A stretch of DNA of 64,000 nucleotides, taken from the NCBI GenBank assembly GCA_964632795.1, contig CAZWEZ010000003.1, positions 3,922 to 67,921 of the forward strand, written 5' to 3'. Both the position numbers and the translations under genes were made by a program. Shown here piece by piece: positions 9,225-17,651 of the stretch (positions are counted from its first letter, which is position 1; every line of letters begins with the position of its first letter). The stretch is from an uncultured Thalassospiraceae bacterium. GTDB lineage: Bacteria; Pseudomonadota; Alphaproteobacteria; Rhodospirillales; 2-02-FULL-58-16. A model generated the notes under the pieces. That model ran no database searches, was not told the DNA's origin, and saw only the letters and a program-made list of their open reading frames with translations.

Positions 9225-9477
9225 TGCCCTCCTCGTCACGCCGCTCCGCGTGCGCGGCACCGCAAGCTCGATCTTGCCGAGCTCCGTCATCGGCCACCGG
9301 GGGGGAGGCTCCGTTTCGCCGGTCGGCCGCCCCCGCCATCCGCCCTTCCAGAACATCCTTCAAAGCTTGGGCGCCGGCCCGCCGGTAATCCTCGCCCCAT
9401 TCTATCCCTTGCGCTTCCATCCTCTTCATCATCCGAAACGCAGCCAGTAAACTCCTGATCGTCGCAGATCGCGGCAT
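9225..9477 (-). mobile_element. Probable IS256/mutator-family transposase N-terminal remnant (frameshifted)
   Basis: Two adjacent minus-strand frames read IEWGEDYRRAGAQALKDVLEGRMA and LGKIELAVPRTRSG. The second resembles the G-x-I-x-L-x-V-P-R-x-R motif of IS256 transposases. No transposase body follows, because the amidohydrolase gene starts at 9220. Confidence 0.4.
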
Positions 9478-9813
9478 TGGGGGTGCTCCTTTGTGGACTT
9501 CGGCAATCCACGGAGTACCCCCTCTTCCCTTTCTGACACAAACACTCGTCCATCACCGCATAATCCACAATTTGGCTTTGTGGGGCCCGGCCATGCTATT
9601 TTGAATTTTGAATGAGGGTCAAGTTGCTTGGGAAATGTCGGCCTACCTCGGCCTCGACGGCGCCCCCACCCCGTTCCGGCGGAGTGACCGGGCGACTCGT
9701 CACTACCGGTAAAATACGGTAACTGCGGAAAAATACCGGTTAACTAAAGAAACTTTGAATACCCATAAAGACATACTTCTGAGTTACTTATGGGGGGTAT
9801 TTTGCCTGAGATA

Positions 9814-9842
9814 TTGACATTGAATTGTATTCAACATATTTT
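9814..9842 (+). promoter_or_regulatory. Sigma70-like promoter candidate with a palindrome in the spacer
   Basis: TTGACA (9814-9819), a 17-nt spacer, then TATTTT (9837-9842). The spacer contains the palindrome ttgaattgtattcaa (9820-9834). The site lies in an AT-rich non-coding stretch about 370 nt upstream of the ABC operon. Confidence 0.25.
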
Positions 9843-10210
9843 TTTAACCATACGGGGAGTTGGTTCTTGGCGTGAATCGGGGCGACGCGGATCTCCGGCC
9901 TGAGACGAGAACGAACACAGAGGCTGATAATCCGTGCCGGATCGCACCAATCGCAGAGGGGCGCGGGCCCGGGTGATGCACCGTTCGTCCGAGGCCGGCG
10001 CAAAGCCTGTCACCGAGGCTCTTCCACAGCAGGACCGAGGCCTGGAAAGCTCTGCCGGAGAGCACTTTGCCGATCGCTCCGTAGGGTCGTGCGCCGATCG
10101 ACCAGCACGATCGGGAAGAACGCGTAAGCGGTAACGGCGGCTCCGAGGCGTCTCCGAGGTTTACCGCGCTTGGTTGGATGAGTCCCTTTTGATTGGGGGG
10201 GCGCGCCATT

Positions 10211-11257
10211 ATGACAGAGGTCAGTGTTGAGTCGACACGGCGGAACGGGCAAAAGAGCGAGCCGTCCGACGACACTGTCCTGTCGGTCAAGAACCTCAAG
10301 ACCTATTTCGACACCCCCGCCGGGGTCGTCAAGGCGGTCGACGACGTCAGCTTCGACCTGCGTCGAACCGACATCCTGGCGATCGTCGGAGAGTCGGGAT
10401 CGGGCAAGAGCGTCACTGCCCAATCGATCATGAAGCTCATCGCCGTCCCGCCGGGTCGCTATGCCGGTGGCCGGATCGATTTGGACGGCCTCGATCTGTT
10501 GTCGTTGAACGAGAAGGCGCTCGAGAGGGTCCGTGGCGAACGGATTTCGATTATCTTTCAAAACCCGCGCGCGGCGCTGAATCCGTCCTTTACCGTCGCT
10601 GCGCAGTTGATCGAAACGCTGCGTCATCATGATCGCAGCCTGTCGAAGGGCGAGGCGGCGAAGCGCGCGGTGGCTCTGCTTCGCGCCGTCGATTTCCCCG
10701 ACCCCCAGCGGGTCGCCGCCAGCTACCCGCACCAAATGAGCGGCGGCATGTGCCAGCGCGTCGGCTTCGCCCTCAGCATGGCATGCGAGCCGGAAATCCT
10801 TATCGCCGACGAGCCGACGACGGCGCTCGACGTGCTGGTCCAGGCGACGATCCTGCTGCTTCTCAAGCGGGCCCATGTCGAGCGCGGCCTGCCGATCATT
10901 CTGATCACCCACGACTTCGGCGTCGTCCGCGTGCTGGCGATGTGGGTCATCGTGATGTACGCCGGCAAGATCCAGGAATCCGGTCCCGCCGAGACCGTCC
11001 TGTCGGATCCCCAGCATCCCTATACCAAGGCGCTCATCTACTCCGTTCCCAAGCCCGACGAGCCAGCTCGGCGCCTCTATCAGATAAAGGGCCAGCCGCC
11101 GGATCTGTCACGCCTACCGTCGGGCTGCAGTTTCGCCGATCGGTGCGAGTTCGTCATGGCGAAATGCCGGACCACGGCTCCCGAGCTTCATCGTTCGCCG
11201 ACGGGCTCGACCGTGCGCTGCCATCTGTTCGACGACGCGTCTGAGGGACCGCCATGA
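10211..11257 (+). CDS. ABC transporter ATP-binding protein, oligopeptide/dipeptide (DppD/OppD) type
   Basis: Walker A GESGSGKS, signature MSGGMCQRV, Walker B ILIADEPTTALD, and the C-terminal oligopeptide-type extension (PQHPYTKALI...CSFADRC). The ORF opens at TTG 10193 and the ATG is at 10211. Confidence 0.85.
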   Translation: MTEVSVESTRRNGQKSEPSDDTVLSVKNLKTYFDTPAGVVKAVDDVSFDLRRTDILAIVGESGSGKSVTAQSIMKLIAVPPGRYAGGRIDLDGLDLLSLNEKALERVRGERISIIFQNPRAALNPSFTVAAQLIETLRHHDRSLSKGEAAKRAVALLRAVDFPDPQRVAASYPHQMSGGMCQRVGFALSMACEPEILIADEPTTALDVLVQATILLLLKRAHVERGLPIILITHDFGVVRVLAMWVIVMYAGKIQESGPAETVLSDPQHPYTKALIYSVPKPDEPARRLYQIKGQPPDLSRLPSGCSFADRCEFVMAKCRTTAPELHRSPTGSTVRCHLFDDASEGPP

Positions 11258-12327
11258 CGCGGTCGCTGCTCGAAATCCGCGGTCTCAGCAAGTCGTTTCC
11301 GATTCGCGAGGGGACCTTTGTGCGTCGAAAGATCGGCGACGTCGTCGCCATAGATGATGTCGCCTTCGATGTCTTCGAAGGCGAGACTCTCGGCTGCGTC
11401 GGCGGGTCCGGGTCCGGCAAATCGACGCTCGGACGCCTCATCCTCAACCTGATACCGGCGGATCGCGGGTCGGTGCGGCTCGATGGCGTCGACCTGGTCG
11501 GGCTCTCGGCGACCGAGATGCGGCGCTACCGGCGGGGCCTTCAGATCGTCTTTCAGGACCCGCTGCATTCGCTCAATCCACGGCGCACGGTGGCCGAGAG
11601 CGTCATCCGTCCGCTGCTCAATTTCGATGTCCCGCGCGAGGAGGCCAAGGCGCGGGTCGACGAGCTGCTCGACATGGTCGGTCTCAACCCCGCCCACGCC
11701 AACCGCTATCCCCACGAGTTCAGCGGCGGCCAGTGCCAGCGAATCGGCATCGCCCGGGCGCTGGCGCTGAAACCGCGTTTCCTGTTCCTCGATGAACCGG
11801 TCTCGGCGCTCGACGTGTCGATCAAGGCTCAAATCCTCAACCTGTTAAAGGACCTTCAGGAGGCTTTGAATCTGACCTACCTGTTCGTCGCCCACGACCT
11901 CAAGATCGTGAAGCACTTCTCGGACCGGATCATCGTTCTCTACCACGGCCGGATCATCGAGATCGGCGGCAGCGACGAGGTCTATCACGAGCCGAAGCAT
12001 CCCTACACGCAATCGCTCCTCGACTCGGTCCTCAACCTCGACGGCGGCGATGCCTGGGAACGGGCCGCGAAACGAACCGGCGTGCTCGCCGATAACGAAG
12101 ATCGCTACAGCGCCTTGCGCGCCGCAGCCGATGCGCGGACCGGCTGCATCTATGCCGGCACCTGCAGCGAGCGGTTCGAACCATGCGCGTCGATCACGCC
12201 CGCGCTGTGCGCAACGAAGCCGGGGCATTGCGTTGCGTGCCACCTTTACGATTCACCCGACAACGCGTCCGCGGATGCTGATGCCGAGTGGCGCGACGAC
12301 GAGCGGACATATCAGCACATTGCATAA
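11254..12327 (+). CDS. ABC transporter ATP-binding protein, DppF/OppF type
   Basis: Walker A GGSGSGKST, signature FSGGQCQRI, Walker B FLFLDEPVSALD, and KHPYTQSLL. The start overlaps the previous stop (ATGA). Confidence 0.85.
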   Translation: MTRSLLEIRGLSKSFPIREGTFVRRKIGDVVAIDDVAFDVFEGETLGCVGGSGSGKSTLGRLILNLIPADRGSVRLDGVDLVGLSATEMRRYRRGLQIVFQDPLHSLNPRRTVAESVIRPLLNFDVPREEAKARVDELLDMVGLNPAHANRYPHEFSGGQCQRIGIARALALKPRFLFLDEPVSALDVSIKAQILNLLKDLQEALNLTYLFVAHDLKIVKHFSDRIIVLYHGRIIEIGGSDEVYHEPKHPYTQSLLDSVLNLDGGDAWERAAKRTGVLADNEDRYSALRAAADARTGCIYAGTCSERFEPCASITPALCATKPGHCVACHLYDSPDNASADADAEWRDDERTYQHIA

Positions 12328-12343
12328 TGGGAGGAAGCAGACG

Positions 12344-13990
12344 ATGCAACGATTGAAAGATCTCGCGGGCCCAACCAGCCGCGATCGGTTGCGGCGCGGC
12401 TTGCTGTCCGGGTGTCTGGCCCTGATCGCGGCCTTCGCCGTCCAAGTAATGGCTCTCGATACGACGGCCAAGGCCCAGATGAAGACGCTTGTCCTCGCTA
12501 TCGAGGGCGAGCCGAGCCGGTTGGACCCCCACACCCATGTCCTTTGGCTCACCTATCGAGAGACGTACCTCATCTATGAGAGCTTCGTCCAACAGGACCT
12601 GACCATCAAGGACGTCCCGCGTCCACCGGTGATACCGGCGCTTGCCACGAGCTGGGACGTCTCCGACGACAAGCTCCACTACACCTTTCACCTGCGCGAA
12701 GGGGTAAAGTTCCATGACGGGACACCGTGGAACGCGGAAGTGGCGAAGTTCAACTTCGACCGTGTGCTCGACAAGGACTTCGAATATTTCTACCCCCTCG
12801 CGAACGGCTTCAACACCTGGTGGCACGGGGATATCGACAACTACGAGGTCGTCGACGAGTACACGTTCCGGGTCAACATGAAGCAACCGAACTCCGAATT
12901 CATCCGGCGCCTGTCGCAAGGTGGCTTCGGCTCGTCGGGCATGATCAGCCCCGAGGTCGTCAAGAAGTACGGCAACGAGGAGGCGCACCTTCATGCCGTG
13001 GGTACCGGTCCGTTCAAGCTCGTCGAGCGCGTCTTCGGCGAAAAGATCGTTCTGGATCGAAACCCGGATTATTGGGACGAGAAGCGGATCCCGAAGGTCG
13101 ATCGGCTGATTATTCGCGGCATTTCCGACGTCGCCACCCGCGAGCTCGCGCTGCTGACCGGGGAGGTCGATATCATTGCGACGCCGTCGCCCGATTCGGT
13201 CGACTATCTCCGGACCCAGGGCATGGTCGTCGACATGGCTCCGATCACGACGATCTACAACCTGTGGGTCAACGTGCGCATGAAGCCGCTCGACGACCAC
13301 CGTGTCCGCAAGGCGCTCTACATGGCCATCGACCGCGAAGGCCTGTGCAAGTACCTACGGCGCGGCCAGTGTTCGCCGGCCTACAGCATCCTCAACTATG
13401 GTGGACCGGGCTACGATCCGAACTACAAGCCGTTCTCCTATGATCCGGCAGGCGCCAAGAAGCTCTTGGCCGAGGCCGGCTATCCGGACGGCTTCGAGGT
13501 CCGCGTCGACTGGACTCCGGGTGGCGCCGGCGACGTCAACACGGTTGCCGACGCCGAGTGGATCCAGCGCGACTGGGCGCGGATCGGCGTCAAGCTGAAC
13601 ATCGAGCTCTTCGAGATCAGCACGTACATGGATACGATGTCCAAGGGCATGCGCGAGGGCACCGGCTTCATGCAGCTCTCATGGGGCGAAAGCGCGTTCC
13701 ACTGGCTCGACGCCGTCATCTCGCCGGCTGCCCTGCCGCCCAACGGGTTCAACGCCGGCTATTACGACAATCCCGTGGTCGGCGAGCTTCTGGCGAAAGC
13801 GCGCGCCGCGCTGACCGAAGACGAGATGGTCAAGCACCTCCGAGAGATTCAACGGATCGTCATCGAGGAGGACACCGCCTTCATCCCGACCCACAGCCCG
13901 TGGGGCGTTTACGCCATGCGGCCCAATGTGAAGGGGTTCGTGCTCGCGCCACAGCACTGGCACGATATGGCGATCGTCGACAAGGAGTAA
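12344..13990 (+). CDS. ABC transporter substrate-binding protein, family 5 (peptide/nickel/opine type)
   Basis: There is a signal-like N-terminus (MQRLKDLAGPTSRDRLRRGLLSGCLALIAAFAVQVMA), then LVLAIEGEPSRLDPH...ALATSWDVSDDKLHYTFHLREGVKFHDG. The RBS gggaggaag precedes the ATG at 12344. The upstream part of the ORF (12050-12343) overlaps the previous gene. Confidence 0.85.
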   Translation: MQRLKDLAGPTSRDRLRRGLLSGCLALIAAFAVQVMALDTTAKAQMKTLVLAIEGEPSRLDPHTHVLWLTYRETYLIYESFVQQDLTIKDVPRPPVIPALATSWDVSDDKLHYTFHLREGVKFHDGTPWNAEVAKFNFDRVLDKDFEYFYPLANGFNTWWHGDIDNYEVVDEYTFRVNMKQPNSEFIRRLSQGGFGSSGMISPEVVKKYGNEEAHLHAVGTGPFKLVERVFGEKIVLDRNPDYWDEKRIPKVDRLIIRGISDVATRELALLTGEVDIIATPSPDSVDYLRTQGMVVDMAPITTIYNLWVNVRMKPLDDHRVRKALYMAIDREGLCKYLRRGQCSPAYSILNYGGPGYDPNYKPFSYDPAGAKKLLAEAGYPDGFEVRVDWTPGGAGDVNTVADAEWIQRDWARIGVKLNIELFEISTYMDTMSKGMREGTGFMQLSWGESAFHWLDAVISPAALPPNGFNAGYYDNPVVGELLAKARAALTEDEMVKHLREIQRIVIEEDTAFIPTHSPWGVYAMRPNVKGFVLAPQHWHDMAIVDKE

Positions 13991-14005
13991 CTCTGGGCGC
14001 ACGAC

Positions 14006-14037
14006 AATCCCGTCGATGGTGATCCATCGACGGGATT
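14006..14037 (+). terminator. Perfect 14-bp-stem hairpin just after the SBP gene (intra-operon attenuator/stabiliser candidate)
   Basis: aatcccgtcgatgg (14006-14019), a tgat loop, then ccatcgacgggatt (14024-14037), followed by ccctttgcc. It sits between the SBP stop (13990) and the permease start. Confidence 0.5.
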
Positions 14038-14061
14038 CCCTTTGCCATTCTCGAGGTGGTC

Positions 14062-15006
14062 ATGCTCCGATTCATCGTCTGGCGGCTGGTCCAGGTCATA
14101 CCTGTCCTGATCGGGGTTTCGTTCATCGTCTTCTCGGCCCTCTACTTGATCCCGGGCGACATCGCCAACACCCTGCTGGCGATGTTCTACACCGAGGAGC
14201 GGGCCGCACTGCTGCGCGCCGAGCTCGGCCTCGACCGCCCGATGCTGGTGCAATACGGGACCTGGTTGTGGGGGGCACTGCAGGGCGATCTCGGGAAATC
14301 GCTGATGATGCGGCTGCCCGTGATGACGGTCCTTCAGGACAAGGTCGTGAATTCTCTCATTCTGACCGGCGCCAGCCTGCTGATCGTCATCCCGGTCAGT
14401 TTCCTCTTGGGCACGACCTCTGCGGCACGGTTCCGCACATCCTTCGACCGGTTCACGGTTTTCTTCTCGCTGCTGCTCGCCAGCATGCCCGTGTTCTGGC
14501 TCGGAATCGTCCTTATGTACCTGCTCGGCGTCAAGCTGCCGCTGTTTCCAATGTCGGGCATGTACAACATGGCCAACCCTGGCGGGTTCTGGGACCTCAT
14601 GCACCATCTGACGCTGCCGGCGATCACCACTGCGGCGACCTCGGTCGCCATCGTCACCCGGGTCACCCGCGGCGCTATGCTCGACACCCTGAACCAGCCC
14701 TATATCCTGGCCGCCCGGGCGCGCGGACTGCCGCGCTCGCGTGTGATCTACGTCCACGGCGTGCGCAACGTCCTGCCGACCTTTTCGAATATGATCGGCC
14801 TGCAGATCGGCTATCTGTTCGGCAGTGCGATATTCTCCGAGATCATATTCAACTGGCCGGGCATCGGACTGCAGCTCTACCAGTCGATCATTCATCGCGA
14901 CCCGACCATGGTCCAGGGCTGTGTCCTTGCCGTGGCCGTCATCTTCGTGCTCGGCAACATGACGGCCGACGTCATTGGCTATTGCCTGGATCCGGCGCGG
15001 AAATAG
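14062..15006 (+). CDS. ABC transporter permease, DppB/OppB type
   Basis: MLRFIVWRLVQVIPVLIGVSFIVF is the typical DppB N-terminus, followed by multiple TM segments and an EAA-like loop (ILAARARGLPRSRVIYVHGVRN). GTG 14056 is an alternative start. Confidence 0.85.
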   Translation: MLRFIVWRLVQVIPVLIGVSFIVFSALYLIPGDIANTLLAMFYTEERAALLRAELGLDRPMLVQYGTWLWGALQGDLGKSLMMRLPVMTVLQDKVVNSLILTGASLLIVIPVSFLLGTTSAARFRTSFDRFTVFFSLLLASMPVFWLGIVLMYLLGVKLPLFPMSGMYNMANPGGFWDLMHHLTLPAITTAATSVAIVTRVTRGAMLDTLNQPYILAARARGLPRSRVIYVHGVRNVLPTFSNMIGLQIGYLFGSAIFSEIIFNWPGIGLQLYQSIIHRDPTMVQGCVLAVAVIFVLGNMTADVIGYCLDPARK

Positions 15007-15021
15007 ACGAGGCCGAACGCA

Positions 15022-15960
15022 ATGCCCACGGAGACGACCCAAGACACCGGATTGCCGGCGCGGATCACGGCCGACGAAGTCGAGCGCGCCCGCTCGACCC
15101 TGTATTTCGTCTGGCGCGGGGTCCAGAACGATCCCTATGCGCTCGCTGGCGCGCTCCTTATCCTGATGTTTGTCGTCTTCGCCCTGTTCGCGCCGTTCAT
15201 CGCACCCTACGGTCCCAACGAGGCGAACCCCGTTTTGCGGCTCCAGGGCATCGGGACCCCGGGACACCTTCTCGGCCTCGACGCCCAGGGTCGCGATGTT
15301 CTCACGCGGCTGATCTACGGGTCGCGCTACTCGCTCGTCACCGGGGTCGCACCGGTGATATTGGGCACCCTGTTGGCGATACCGCTCGGCATGATCGCCG
15401 CCTATTATGAGCGCCTCGGCTATATCATCATGCGCTTCATGGACATCCTGTTCGCGTTTCCCATGGTCCTGCTGGCGATCATGCTGTCCTTCTTCATGGG
15501 CCCCGGGATTGAGAACCTCGTCATCGCCCTCGTCGTCGTGCTGGTTCCCTACAACACACGGGTCGTCTATGTGCAGGCGCTGGCCCAGAAGGAGCTCGGC
15601 TATATCGAAGCGGCGCGCGCCGACGCGACCAGCGACTTCAGGATCCTGTTCGTCGAGATGCTGCCCCATGTGGTCTCGGCCTCGGTAGTCTATTCGATGA
15701 CTATCGTCGGCACCATCGTGGTCACAGCGGCGGGTCTGAGCTTTCTCGGCCTCGGGGTGCAACCGCCGACGCCCGAATGGGGCATCATGACCAGCGACGG
15801 CCGGACCGTGCTTCATATTGCGCCTCATTTGTCGACCCTGCCGGGACTAGCTATTTTTCTCATGGTTACCGGGTTCAATCTTCTCGGCGACAGCCTGCGC
15901 GACGCGCTCGACCCGCGGACGCGGTTGATCCGCGCGGCGGTGACGAAGGTCGAAGCCTGA
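15022..15960 (+). CDS. ABC transporter permease, DppC/OppC type
   Basis: LLGLDAQGRDVLTRLIYGSRYSL and IEAARADATSDFRILFVEMLPH are typical DppC motifs. Multiple TM segments are present. Confidence 0.85.
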   Translation: MPTETTQDTGLPARITADEVERARSTLYFVWRGVQNDPYALAGALLILMFVVFALFAPFIAPYGPNEANPVLRLQGIGTPGHLLGLDAQGRDVLTRLIYGSRYSLVTGVAPVILGTLLAIPLGMIAAYYERLGYIIMRFMDILFAFPMVLLAIMLSFFMGPGIENLVIALVVVLVPYNTRVVYVQALAQKELGYIEAARADATSDFRILFVEMLPHVVSASVVYSMTIVGTIVVTAAGLSFLGLGVQPPTPEWGIMTSDGRTVLHIAPHLSTLPGLAIFLMVTGFNLLGDSLRDALDPRTRLIRAAVTKVEA

Positions 15961-16014
15961 GGACGCGCGCGACGATGGGGCCGGCCGCATCGTTAGTGAT
16001 CAGGAGGCAAGACA

Positions 16015-17247
16015 ATGACAAGACAACGCTTGATGCCAGCCTATCACTGGGACTGGAGCATGCCGGTGCCCTTTTCCCAGGGCTGGAAGACCGATGGCCT
16101 GATCTTCGTCGGCGGCCAGATCTCGGCGGATGCCAAGGGCCGCACCGTCGGTGCCGGCGACATCGCGACGCAGACCCGCAATGTCTTCGAGTTTATCAAG
16201 GCGGTGCTCGACGAGGCCGGCGCCGACCTTTCCGACATCGTCAAGCTCAACACCTACTATCAGTTCGAGGGCGAGGGCGAGGCGATCACGGAGTTCTGGG
16301 AGGCGATGACCGCGGTGCGGATGGAATACCTCGCCGATCCCGGTCCCGTGGGCACGGCGGTGCGGGTCAGGGGCTTCGCCTATGAGGACCTGTCGATCGA
16401 GATCGAGGCCATCGCCTCGACCGGTCAGGAGAAGGTGCGGCTGATGCCGGCGGGCCATTGGGATTGGAGTATGCCGGTCCCCTTCTCGCAGGGCTGGAAG
16501 GTCGGCGACCTGATCTTCATCGGCGGCCAGATCTCGGCGGACGATCAGGGCCGGACCATGGCGCCCGGCGATATCGACGCGCAGACGCGGAACGTCTTCG
16601 AGTTCATCCGGCGCGTCCTCGCCGAGGGCGGCGCCAACCTCGACGATCTGGTCAAGCTGAATACCTATTATCGCTACGAAGGCGACGCACTGACCAAGTT
16701 CTGGGAGAACATGACACGGGTCCGGATGGAGTACATCGCCGATCCGGGTCCCGCCGCGACCGCCGTGCGGATCAACGGCTTCGCCTATGAGGACCTGCTG
16801 ATCGAGATCGAGGGCATCGCCTATACGGGGGGGGACAAGCAGCGGCTGATGCCGGCCAATCACTGGGACTGGAGCATGCCGGTCAAGTTCTCCCAGGGCT
16901 GGCGGGTGGGCGACCTGATCTTCGTCGGCGGCCAGATCTCGGCGGATGCCAAGGGCCGCACCGTCGGTTCCGGCGACATCGCCACCCAGACCCGCAATGT
17001 GTTCGAGAACATCCGCAAGGTCTTGCGGGAGGCGGGCGCCGACATGGAGCAGGTCGTGCGGCTCAACACCTATTACCATTTCGAGGGCGAAGGGCGGGAA
17101 ATCACCGATTTCTGGGAGCAGATGACCAAGGTCCGCATCGAGTACCTGCCCGATCTGGGGCCGGTCGGGACCGGCGTTCGGGTCAACGGGTTGGCCTACG
17201 AGGACCTGCTCATCGAGATCGAGGCCATCGCCTATGTCGGCCCGTGA
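16015..17247 (+). CDS. Single polypeptide made of three tandem RidA/YjgF-family domains
   Basis: The 410-aa ORF carries three collinear units: aa 1-141, 142-276 and 277-410 (nt 16015-16437, 16438-16842, 16843-17244). Each begins RLMPAxHWDWSMPV(P/K)FSQGW, contains (V/I)GGQISAD...TQTRNVFE(F/N)I, and ends EDL(S/L)IEIE(A/G)IA. The RBS aggagg is upstream. Confidence 0.85.
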   Translation: MTRQRLMPAYHWDWSMPVPFSQGWKTDGLIFVGGQISADAKGRTVGAGDIATQTRNVFEFIKAVLDEAGADLSDIVKLNTYYQFEGEGEAITEFWEAMTAVRMEYLADPGPVGTAVRVRGFAYEDLSIEIEAIASTGQEKVRLMPAGHWDWSMPVPFSQGWKVGDLIFIGGQISADDQGRTMAPGDIDAQTRNVFEFIRRVLAEGGANLDDLVKLNTYYRYEGDALTKFWENMTRVRMEYIADPGPAATAVRINGFAYEDLLIEIEGIAYTGGDKQRLMPANHWDWSMPVKFSQGWRVGDLIFVGGQISADAKGRTVGSGDIATQTRNVFENIRKVLREAGADMEQVVRLNTYYHFEGEGREITDFWEQMTKVRIEYLPDLGPVGTGVRVNGLAYEDLLIEIEAIAYVGP

Positions 17248-17279
17248 GGCGCGGGAGACCGTCGTGCGCCAAGCCGCGT

Positions 17280-17615
17280 GGCGGCCGCTTTGACGGCGCC
17301 TATGGCGTGCTGGCCGGGCTTGAGGTGCTCGAGTGCCTGGACGATGCGGGTATCGAGACCGACCATCCGATCACTGTGACGGTGTGGACCAACGAGGAGG
17401 GCAGTCGCTTCGCTCCGGGAGCGGTGGGTTCGTCGGTTTTCGCGGGGCTGCATCGCGTTGTTCATCGCCGAAGTCTGTCCGAGCGACATGATCTTCGTGC
17501 CGTGCCGCGAGGGCATCAGCCACAATCCCGCGGAATATGCAGAGCCGCGAATCTCGCCTTCGGCGCCCGTGTCCTTGCCGCCGCCTTGCTGAAACTGGCA
17601 ACGAAGAGCGATTGA
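17280..17615 (+). pseudogene. Decayed M20-family N-carbamoyl-amino-acid / allantoate amidohydrolase gene (internal deletion plus frameshift)
   Basis: GGRFDGAYGVLAGLEVLECLDDAGIETDHPITVTVWTNEEGSRFAPGAVGSSVFAG is a mid-protein motif block. It joins, via another frame (MIFVPCREGISHNPAEYAEP), to a C-terminal tail (AFGARVLAAALLKLA). About 300 codons of a normal ~410-aa enzyme are missing. Confidence 0.7.
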
Positions 17616-17651
17616 CCCCCAAACTTCGGTTAACATTCAAGGAGAACCGTA

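Noticed and set aside
12050-12343. 98-codon N-terminal extension of the SBP ORF
   Set aside because: It overlaps the 3' end of the preceding ATPase gene in another frame and is P/A/R-rich. A good RBS (gggaggaag), an ATG and a signal-like sequence begin at 12344.
16000-17079. 359-aa minus-strand ORF with its own internal repetition
   Set aside because: It is antisense to the triple-RidA gene, and its repeats merely mirror the three Rid units. The plus frame has the Rid-family motifs and a strong RBS.
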